A program made the position numbers and the translations under genes. A DNA stretch of 61,974 bases, counting the filler, from Sphacelaria rigidula (Eukaryota), in the NCBI GenBank assembly GCA_964200075.2. It is 8 parts of 8 records of this genome, joined end to end, with 100 filler letters (N's around TTAATTAATTAA, not from the genome) between each part and the next. Parts side by side here need not be neighbours in the genome. Positions count along the whole stretch, not along the records: positions 46,557 to 54,215 come from CAXNAA020013893.1; positions 54,316 to 61,974 come from CAXNAA020013894.1; 6 more parts are not named here. One strand, written 5' to 3'. This document shows positions 51,726-61,974 of the stretch, piece by piece; position 1 is the stretch's first letter; every line of letters begins with the position of its first letter. The notes under the pieces were generated by a model, which saw only the letters and a list, made by a program, of their open reading frames with translations, had not been told where the DNA came from and did not search any database.

Positions 51726-52415
51726 ATAAACTCTGACCACCTCGCCCTCTGTCGTATCCGAAGAGCACTGCCGCGGCAATGCGATCACTAAAAGTTTGCT
51801 CCTGCCCACTGTCACGCCCGGAGGATGGGGAACACTTGCTCTATGAAGCATGGCGGTGTCTGGATGAGCGCCAAGTCGATCGCCACGCTGTGCCAAGCTG
51901 GCAGATAGCTCCTGTTGTCCTTCCAAAACGTGAAAAGGTCGTGTTCAGCATCGATGTCCATTCCCGCTACGCGATATTCGTCCGTTTCGACGACGACCTT
52001 GTCGACGATGTCATTCGTCACAAACATGAAACTCTTCAAAGCTGCCATGCTCGCGAACTTCACGTACATGAAGCAAAACATGTACACGAAGGATGACATC
52101 GGTGTGGTGATGGTGTTTCTGTTTGTGACGAATGACATAGTCGACAAGCTCGTCATCGAAAGGGACGAATACCGCGTAGCGGCACCCGACATCGATGCTG
52201 AATACGACCTATCGACGTTTCGGAGGGATCACAGGGACCATCTGCCAGCTTTGCACAGCGTGGTGATGGACCTGGCGCTCATCCAGCCATCGCCGAGCTA
52301 GTGTTCTCTATCCTCCGGGCGCATCTGGATAGTAGACAGCAGCAAACTCTTGGAGATCGTATTGCCACGACAGTGCTCCTCGAATACAAGAGAGAGCGAG
52401 GTGGTCAGAGTTTAT
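51726..52415. pseudogene. Head-to-head inverted pair of hAT-dimerisation-like transposase 3' fragments
   Basis: Minus arm DLFTFWKDNRSYLPAWHSVAIDLALIQ..IEQVFPILRA; plus arm DLSTFRRDHRDHLPALHSVVMDLALIQPS..VFSILRA; arms 51726-52033 and 52114-52415 are reverse complements. Confidence 0.7.
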
Positions 52416-55400
52416 ACAGTACATTGTAGATGTTCATGTTTTGTGTGGTGTGCTTCCATGAAAACGTTTTTCAGACCCGCGGTCGATGACAGGAAAGTCT
52501 TCGCCCAAAATATCACAGCAGGCCAGCATGAAGACCAGTGTTCCCGCCCCTACCATGAAAAAAGATGCTCGATTGTGCCATCTGCTGAAACGCTATGCTT
52601 TTCATGCTACCAAGGTGGAATTATGTCAACATAATAAGTAGAAGCCTAGTCGGGTTGGGTTTGTCTAATGATGTCACGCGACGGGCAAAGTGTGTCCAAC
52701 TGTCTGTACCGACAAAACTCTCGCACAACAGTACAAACTCCCATATATGTGATCTTCGTTAGAAATACCTCAATTTGAGTTCGGCACGCGAATATGTCAC
52801 ATCAGTATACTTGAGCTTAGAGTGGCGCACTAGTATACTTGAAATTAGAATGGTGCACTGCCGTTTCGGTGGGCTGCATCATCAAGAGTTGGCGAGAGTA
52901 GGGAGCCACACTATACGGCGACAGTTATATGGCGGAGCAAGCGGAAATCCCGTCGCCACATGTGGAAGCGCTGAAGAACGACCCATATGCAATTCACGTT
53001 CAGCTAGAAGAGGTGGCCGTTTCGCTGAAGAAGCTGCAAAAGCGATTGGGGCAACCCATTGTCCCCCGGCGCGCACGGCCCCCCCCGCTCGCTTACCGAA
53101 CGTCAGCACAGTAACCGCAGCAAGAGAAAACGCTCCGAGGCACACAGGATCATGTGGAAGACATCAGGCGGACGTGATTGCCAGCTTTCAGACAGGCGAC
53201 ATACTGGCAAACGGACGACAGCCGACCGGGACAGCCTTTCGCAACCAGCCTAACCCAACTGAAACTACCGTCAGTAAATACACTTCACAGCTGTACTCGT
53301 ATTGTGTTCAGTGTACAATACTGTATTATCGCCGATACTGTATTGGATTGGAACGCGCCACGAGTTAGATCGCACGAACACTAGGTTTTAGACTACTCCC
53401 CTGACGATCTCCAAGCGAAATGGAGCAATCTGATTGGTATTTACCGAGCAAACCTGCCCCGCTTCAAATGCAGTCTGCCTGAAAAGTGGTCAACTAGAGA
53501 ATGAATTGTTTCGGTTCGAAACGCCCCTCCACGAGGCCCGATATGCTTTCTGTCGTAGCTTGCCACTGAGGCCCTTGATATCCCTGAGGAGGATATCGAC
53601 GTGTAGCTGCAGTGATGGGAAACGAATGCTTGCATCAGATCGGGGAATGCTCGTGCAATTTGTCAAAAACAACGAGGAACAATGTACGGGATGAGTAAGT
53701 GAGGACGATGACCGTGGTTTGCATGACCTAAAACCGGGGTTGCATCGGCTGTTCCCCGACGGGTACTCGCGCTGGCCTAACAGTGCGTCTCTTGGTCATT
53801 AAAGCCGCAGTTTCCGCAACGAGCTCTACGTGTTGGAGTATAGAAAGTTGATGCCCATGAACCCGTATTCCCGTGCTACACGTGTTGAGTCGAAAATGAA
53901 ACGATTCTTGTACGTATGTGAGGACCTCCGGCGCGGGGGCTAGTAGACGCGGGTAAGGCACTTCGCTGGAAGGACAAGGGTTAGCCACGCACGAGCTACG
54001 AGAGAGAGAGAGAGAGAGAGAAAACGCACCAGGGCTCAAATCAGTCTCGTGGAGGTGGGGGGTTGGTGAAGTCACGCTCACTTCCCGTTGAGTCGAAAAG
54101 TTCCAGAGTGGAGCAGCTGGGGGCGGTGGCGAGGGGGATTTTTTTTTCTTCCCTCACACGTTGAACCCCTCCCCTTCCTCGGGATGAGTCCGTGGTCTTA
54201 AGGGATCAACCCATCNNNNNNNNNNNNNNNNNNNNNNNNNNNNNNNNNNNNNNNNNNNNTTAATTAATTAANNNNNNNNNNNNNNNNNNNNNNNNNNNNN
54301 NNNNNNNNNNNNNNNTGAAAGAAAAATTATCTGCGATTAATAATGGGTGACAAACGGGCTTGACCGATCTTCGGGGGTCCTGCGAAAATACGAACCCAGT
54401 CTCTAGCTTTTCGGTATTTTCGGTGGACCGGCTCGATCCAGATGATACAAATTAAGACTCAAAAAAGGATTATTTTTGAAATTCCACCTGGTCACTGCGC
54501 TACAGCATGAAACCTATATCTCTTGGACCATTTACGGTCAATAACACCCTCCTAAACGGGGTTTTACCCGGTATCGCCCCCACGACACCAACTTGGGCGA
54601 TTGTGATTTGAGCACGGTTTGCTTATTTTGCCAAAACCATCGACGCTAGCACTTCCGAGGGCTCATGGAAAATGTTATGCGAAAAAAAAACGAAAATAGG
54701 TCATCCGCAGAAAATGCTCGACTGAGGTCTGTGCAGTACAGAATGGAAACACGATCTCGATCGTTATTGCGAAGAATTTTATACGTATCCGTTTATCTGA
54801 ATATTTACCGTTTCGTCGCTGAAGAGCGGGAAAACTGCTTATATTGGACCAAAAACAATCACACCCTCCTATAAACGGGGTATCAAGCCCGCATCGCCCC
54901 AAAAGCACCAACTTGAGCACTGCAGTTTCAGCGCGGCCCACGCTTTCTCCCTAAATCTACTTGCGCTAGCACTTTCAAGTAGTGGTGAAGAATAGTACTC
55001 CAGAAAAACTAAAAAAATAGAAAAACTACGAATTCTGAAAACTTCTAATGCTGACTACTATACTAGTCTCCATTCTGGAACACCGTCAAGCCGGCACTGC
55101 GATTTTTTTTCTTCAGTTTTTTTCGCGAACGAGCTGTCGCCGCATAATCCAAGGAAGAGCGTCACAATGTTACGTGGCCGAGCTCGATGAACTGACGCTT
55201 GAACTTTCAAGTTTACGTAGAAGAAGGCCCAAAAACATAATTTTCATACTAATATCAAGCAACTAGTTTGCGGTTTCAACGTGGCACGAAAGTTGGCACT
55301 GGGCCCAAAGATAGGGGCAAGATTTATGAGTTGTAAAGTCTCTAGACCAATCAAAGGTTTTAAATACACCAAAATGCGGCGACCTTTCTTCAATCAGATG

Positions 55401-58097
55401 AGAGATATGAGTAGCAGATGAGTCAAAAAGCAGCTTTGATTGGTCCACACATTGCGCCGCTGCGACACAGACAGCTGCTACCGACGATAAACGAGGATAC
55501 AGCAGCTCCGTGCTGGCTCAGTTTGTTTGTCCCAACCTGCACGCACCCGTCCGGCGTGTCTTCCCCGATCATAGCCCCCGACTAAAGTTGAAGTACCAGA
55601 GAAGACTCAGCAGACAGCTGTACAGCCGTCATGTGACGATTGTTTCGACCTTTCTTTGTTCTGACAGCACCTTGATCCCACCCCAATACTGTGCAGCCCG
55701 AAACACGGCATGCAGCAGTACGCACTCTCCAGTGCACATCGCACTGTGATCGTCGTGGAGTGTTCAGGTGTCCAGCAGCACAGCGAGAAAAACAGCATAG
55801 AAATGATGGGTTTGGGGAGCGCCTTATTCCTTTGACTCGAGACGAAACAGCCAACACGCCATGAACGTTTCAACGGTGTGTAGAGAGCACTGCGTGCCGA
55901 AAACATTATTTTTCACAGAGACGAACGGAACTACAGTATAAAGCAACTCAGGCACTCCCAGCGGAGATGAAACCGTCTCCACAAAGGCCTGAGACGCCAC
56001 AGCGCAGCGACACCTACAACACACAACACAAAGCGTGAGTATGTTTGTGCTGCAGCACAGTGGTACAGGACATGTCCAATTCGATAGTTTTTTCCCTGAT
56101 TTCAGGTGGGTCCTCGATTTTTGCCCAGTGACGATTTCTGAACGCTGGGCCATAATCGCGCTTCGCGCGAAAATATTTTATTTCACTTCGAGTTGCCCCT
56201 ATTTGTGGGAGGTGAGCCAAAAAGTTCGTCAGACACGCGCAAAAGTTGCACGCGCTTTTTAGAGTTTGGATCCTGACTTTTGCACAAATGTGCTATTGGT
56301 CAATACACAACTTTAGATGAGCGATTTTTTTTTTAATTTTCGTCCTACCGTTTTACGGGGGTCCGACTGGATCGAAGTTTCTCCGAAAAAAATGGGACCC
56401 CCGAACAACGGTGAAAAAATCACGTGAAAAAAAAACTCCGTCTTCCGAAGTTGCGTAATGACCCATAGCACATGTATGCAAAATTTCAGGGTTCAACTCC
56501 TTAAAACTGCGTGAAGTTTTCCAATAAGTGTTTGTTGGGTGATGAGCGTGAGCCAGCCTCGATACAAGGCGCCAGCTTTCATACGTAATCGTGTGAATGT
56601 TGGGCATCTATATAGAAAACAGTTCCGGAGCACCCCTGATCGGTTTTGACAGTGCCTTCTATGGCGCGCAGAGTCAGAATGTGTGCGTTACATCTCCGCT
56701 GGATACAACGGCATTAAAACCAGTCAGCGTGCCATCACTCTACATGCTGCTAGTGCCTCTGCTAAGTGTTCCACGACACTACAGACAATGTGAAGCTATG
56801 CTGAAAGTGTGAAGCTATGCTGGCGACACATGAGGCGTCAAAGAGGCGGCACAGACGATCAGAGAACCAAACACGTGATTTGTCCCCATGCAATTCATGG
56901 TTGAATTGCCGTGGCCAAAATGAGAAGTACCACTACACAGCGACGTAGCCCACCTGTGGTTCACCTGTACGGGAAGTACGTGCTCATTTTTTGACGGCGG
57001 TGATTGGTGAGATGGTCATGCCACACTCTTCGGCCGCGTTTCTGGCTTACAACCTTCTGCGGGAAACTTACGAACACACATGGTTGACTTCGTGAGCTTG
57101 TCGGCTGCTCTGGCGACAGAACATTTGGATGAAGTATTGAAATCGTACCCACTCTACCCAAACTTAGGCTAGAATATTTCAGATCGTACCCGACATACCA
57201 AAATTTTGGGTACAATATTGAGGTCGTACCCAAGTGATACTCCATATCCAGGTATTGCTGAGGGTGCTCACCCAATATTTCGGAAGAGTATTTGAGGCTG
57301 TACCCAATCTACCCAAACCTTGGGTGGAGTACATACCGAGGCATTTTACCCGAGTATTCAAAAGTACATACCCCACCTGACCAGCCATCGGTTTTTCCGA
57401 TCGAGAACATGCGGGGGAAAGGTGCGCCTCCTATCTTGCACACCACCATGCCAGATACTTCTCGCTCACAGAACCATGCAAACCCCACACAACTCTTTCT
57501 CAGCTACCACCGCAACCCCGCAGCACTGAGCACGAGTTGGGCACAGGGTTGATACACTGCAGTAGTTGGACACAATGTGTTTATCTCATGTCGGCGGAAA
57601 CTTGAGAATCTTCTTTCATGGTATACAAATCGGCGACGAAACTGCGTGGTGGAGTGGACGACCGACTTGCGCACACTCATGGACAGTGCACGTAGCACAA
57701 AGCTTCACGTTGTTCCGGTCCTTTTCACGTCGCACTGTAAGCAGAGAGTACAGATAGTCCTGCGCTGTCTGCACTGCACGTTGCCCGCTTCTCCTTCACA
57801 TCCTACTGTACGAAACACGCACACACACTCAGCCACACTGTATACACACAGCGCAGGCAGTGCAGTACTGAACTGTACACAAGCGAACAAGCGCCGCTCA
57901 ACGAGTTTCACCGTTTCCTTTCCATCGAAAGCTTGCGAATTCGTTTGGCCCCGACTCGCGAGAAATGAACGAATTCGCTCAAATCAATTCCACTGCACAT
58001 TTTTTCGATCGAAAAATGATGTGCGAAGACACGGTCTTCGGTCTCACCCAAACTTTGGGTAGAGTATTTGAGGTCGTACCCAACATATCCAAAAGTT

Positions 58098-58647
58098 CAA
58101 GGTTGTGTTCTGTAAGGTACGGGTACGTTCTGTAGGGTATGAGATTCCGTACAGACTTTACAGAAGTGTCGGGTACTGGTTTGGAAGTCTCACAGAGTTT
58201 ACAGAACGGTTGGGTACCGGTATGAAGGTCTTACAGACTTCACAGAACTTGTTGGGTACGGTACGGGAGGCTTACAGAGAACCGGTACCGGCAGCCGGGT
58301 AACTCTTTTCGGGTATACCCGCCCCTCGGGTTCGGGTAAATGTTGTGTACAGAACTTACTGAACTGTCGGGTACCGATATGAAAGTCTTACAGACTTGAC
58401 AGAACTCGTCGGGTACGGTAAGGGAGGCTTACAGAGAACCGGTACCAGCAATCGGGTAACTCTTTTCGGGTATACCCGCCCTTCGGGTTCGGGTAAATGC
58501 ATTGTACAGAACTTACAGAACTATCGAGTAAGGGTATGAAAGTCTTACAGAGATTACAGAAACAAGTCCTACAGAAGTCCCAGAACTGTCGGGTACGGTA
58601 CATACCCCGGGTATCTAGAAAACCGTACCTTACAGTACACAACCTTG
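58098..58647. mobile_element. TIR element with internal TACAGAACT/CGGGTA subrepeats; a further fragment at 58820-58960
   Basis: CAAGGTTGTGTTCTGTAAGGTACGG ... CCGTACCTTACAGTACACAACCTTG. Confidence 0.8.
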
Positions 58648-60050
58648 AATTTTTTGGTTGGGATGCTGAAACGAATGAGAGGGCAGGGTGTGGTGGTAGA
58701 AGCTGGGAGGTACATGTTGGGGCCATTAGGTCATGTTTTGATTGAACCTATATCCATACTTGCGGAGAGTATATCCCTGTGCTTGTACCTGCAACGGGGT
58801 ATATCTGCAAGGGTATACCCTAACCCCGGGTAAGAGTACAGGGAGCTTACAGAGTTTACAGAACTGCCGGGTACCGGTTTGGAAGTCTCACAGAGTTTAC
58901 AGAACTGTCGGGTGACGGTATGAAAGTCTTACAGAGTTCACAGAACTTCTCGGGTACGGCATGATTCCCGGACGGCGTCGTCTCCTGCAAGGGTTTATCA
59001 GACTTGTCGCCGTGCGGAACACCAAAAACAAGGGGAAATCAGGACTGGAATGCGCCCACCAGCACCCCCTACGGAAGTCGTTTCCCTCCACATGAGGAGA
59101 GAAGTGCTTCCGGGCACAACCCGACGGCCCGAATCCCTTCCGGTCGAGAGGGATACAAAGCCTCAACAAACGGAAGTGACGAAGTGGCATGGACCGCTTG
59201 AGCCGATGCCGGCCGAGATTCCCGTGTCTGCCACCGAAGCGCGTGGTGCGGAGTCGGACGCTGCCGACGTGTGTCTGGACTAGCATATGTTGATGACGAG
59301 CGACGGCATGGCGCCCGGGGTGTAGGACTCTCGTGTCGTGAAGTGTATGAGAAGGAAATGGACTCAAGCGATTTCCTCAGGGCAGTAAACATCGCCGACC
59401 CCATGGTGAGCAGGCCTGGATCGCAAGGGCACTGCCTCGCTGCCGTGTTGCAAGGACGGTGTCGCGCTCCTGGTCGGAGGATGTGTGATGACACGGTTTT
59501 ATCACGGTGCGAACACGTGGGGTCGTGCTTACGGTGAAAGGGGACATAAATCGAGGAGGAACACACGGGGGGAATTCGCCCCAACAGTCGCCACAGGATA
59601 TTTCCGTGCGTTTTGAACTCTCCTTCCACTGTTTGTTTGTCCCACCATTTTGGTGGTATCCGGGATTTGAGTCCGGGACCTTCTGTTCGTGAAGCGTACG
59701 AGCTATCTCATGGTGTCGCCGATGTGAAAAGGTGTTTTCTTGACAGACACTTGTGGGGATTTGTCCCTGCTATATGTGGAGGTTCCCACACACATACACG
59801 AACAAGAAAAAAAACAATAAAACATGTTCGCGTTACCGTACCATCTCGTTGGCTGTTTGATTTATGGATATGGTTGGTATGGTCTTTGCCCTCTTGTGAC
59901 TACGGGTTCGAGAGATCGAGCTTATGTGACAGAAACAATAAAACAACCCCCACGCACTGACATCAGCCTATTGCTCTACTCATCATTGCCCCTCACTATG
60001 CCCAGAAATCTCCTGCCCTCTTCTCCCCCATCCGCATGCCGCCGTCTCAC

Positions 60051-60202
60051 GTTTATTCGATTAGATGTGTTCTCCCCACCCAGGGCCGCAAGCTGCGACA
60101 ATGCCCTCTCCAACGCACCCCCGGCGACTGCCGCGCCACCGGCCAGATTCTGGATTGCCGCGGCTCCAGCAGCCGTGATCCGCCTCTTAGCCGTCGCGTC
60201 AC
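60051..60202 (-). CDS. Isolated candidate exon, Ala/Gly-rich (DATAKRRITAAGAAAIQNLAGGAAVAGGALERALSQLAALGGENTSNRIN)
   Basis: CAG acceptor, AAC|GTGAGA donor, GC-rich open frame next to a (TGTA)n microsatellite. Confidence 0.4.
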
Positions 60203-61974
60203 CTGCATCAATCAAGCCAGTGGTTCCACAATGATACGGGAGGGGAGCCAGCGGGGCAGGTCGAAATCATGTGTATGTGTATGTGTATGCGTCTGCATAT
60301 GCATACTTGTATGCGTATGTATGTGTGTATGTATATTTCCTCCTTCTCATAAGTCTGGGAAGTTATCTTTGTACAAGCCCTTAGCGGTGTCCGATTTGAT
60401 TCTCGCTTTTTTTAATAGCATTCGTTGGCGTTTTATTAGCTAAAAACAACCATCTACAACGGGGGTGCTCGACGCGTGCAGTCTCGCGGTCGAAAAGAAA
60501 TAGGTCGGCCAATAAAATGCAATTTTTCGCTCTTTTTCCCAGTTAGCATGGGGGATACGGAGACACGAAAAGTCGCTAAAAACCGTGGAAAAGACGTGAA
60601 AATCGAAAAAGAACCATTGATTTTGGATATGTTCGTGACGTTAACCCACGCACGCCCCATCAAACATATTTTCAACACGTAATCGCCAGTGCTTGACGTA
60701 AAAACGTCCAAATTGGTCAATATGGGGGTATGCGTGGACCAAAACTGGGCCAAAATGGGCATATTTTGACGTCATTACAGTATGGACAGCCAACCTTTGT
60801 TTCCCATTCTCATCTCGCATCAGCTTCGTTGGCGCTCTATCTTCCTAACGAACCCGACTATAGAATGATCGGAAGAGTTTGGATCCGCAAACGATTAAAA
60901 GCCCATAACTTCCCAGACTTGTGAGGAAGAGAAAGTATGTGTGTTGTATTGCACATTAACCTTTTCCAGGAATCTAGTGCCCATGGTTACAAAGTTGTGG
61001 TACAGAAAAGACAGAGGACAAGGGGGGAAGAAAAACAGGAACATGAAAAGACAGCGCTCTGCTGGGTGGGGTTGTGCCAACACATCGGCGAAAAAACTCA
61101 AATATACATGGAAATATAGGTGCGCACGGCTCTAAAAGAACAAAAGAAAAAGGAGAAAAAAAAAATAGGTCACATGGTAAGTAGCAGTGTTATTTCTTTT
61201 CAATGTTATGGAAGCTTTTGTCACGGGAAGGTGTACGTTCTACTAGCTAACGTCATGTTCCGCAGTTTCAATTATCTCGACCCACTCTGTGCGCATCGGT
61301 CTTGAAACACACATCCTCGTATGTTGTACATGAAATATGCTGTTTGCTTGTGTGTTCGACATTGCGTACCAACCGCGGCATTACGCCTTCGGCAGTACTA
61401 CCTGCTCACTGCACAGCGGCAGGGTACACGGTGACAAAGCACACCACAGGACGCCACATCCTTAGCCCATCCTGTGCTGCATAGATTTCGCGCTTTTCTA
61501 TGCAGCTCGCCACATCATGCACGCAACCGCTTGTATCTACGGTCAATGTGTGCGCGGGAAATCACCCCTCGCTACGTCCTTATCGCCACGACACATTTTG
61601 TAAAGCTCCCCGTGTTGCAGCTACTGCGTGCGTTTGCCCCAGGTTACGCACGCAGGAGTGAAAGGTCGCCTCTGCTGCTGTAATGGCTACCTGTATCTTG
61701 GGAGAAGCTGTATGGTAGCACAGCCGCTACGGCGCAAAAGCGGCCTGTACCATTTCATACCCTGGAGATTCTTACACACTGTTGTCTCGAAGTGAAGCGT
61801 TGTAGTTACCGACTTGAGGTACGAGTATTACACAAATACTGTGCGCAGTACACTTTCAACACCGTGTTCGTACTGACTGTAGCAACCTCTAATTGGGCGC
61901 GGTGAGATGGTGGGAAAATCCTCAACATATGAGCGAACTGCAGGTGAGGCAATCGCCAAAATATTCACCTGCAA

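Noticed and set aside
52775..53368. 197-aa ORF and overlapping 61-aa ORF
   Set aside because: Coding-like but frame-inconsistent with no recognisable domain; cannot support a call
58990..59540. Possible Copia pol fragment (EIPVSATEA..REVYE)
   Set aside because: Too degenerate; no diagnostic RT or integrase motif found

Overview
This window is not one locus. It is eight unrelated contigs of 7659-7660 bp (1-7660, 7761-15420, 15521-23179, 23280-30938, 31039-38697, 38798-46456, 46557-54215, 54316-61974), joined by identical 100-nt artificial linkers (N44-TTAATTAATTAA-N44). The DNA is eukaryotic, repeat-rich and has long introns. A brown alga (Phaeophyceae) is the most likely source, inferred from short exons in kb-scale introns, TTAGGG repeats and the TE repertoire. 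Supportable content: three spliced exons of a TKL-like protein kinase (one with a GC donor); a decayed Ty3/Gypsy LTR retrotransposon; an internally deleted hAT transposase element; an RTE-like LINE 3' fragment; tRNA-derived SINEs; many non-autonomous DNA elements (hAT, Tc1/mariner, piggyBac-like, CAC-terminal, foldbacks); and several isolated exon or pseudo-exon candidates. The three most interesting signals are (i) a structured repeat family always anchored on poly(G) tracts, (ii) a piggyBac-like element carrying a conserved non-transposase ORF, and (iii) a decayed ORF with a tyrosine-recombinase-like HxxR motif. I found no intact novel multi-gene system. All alignments and identities were judged by eye.
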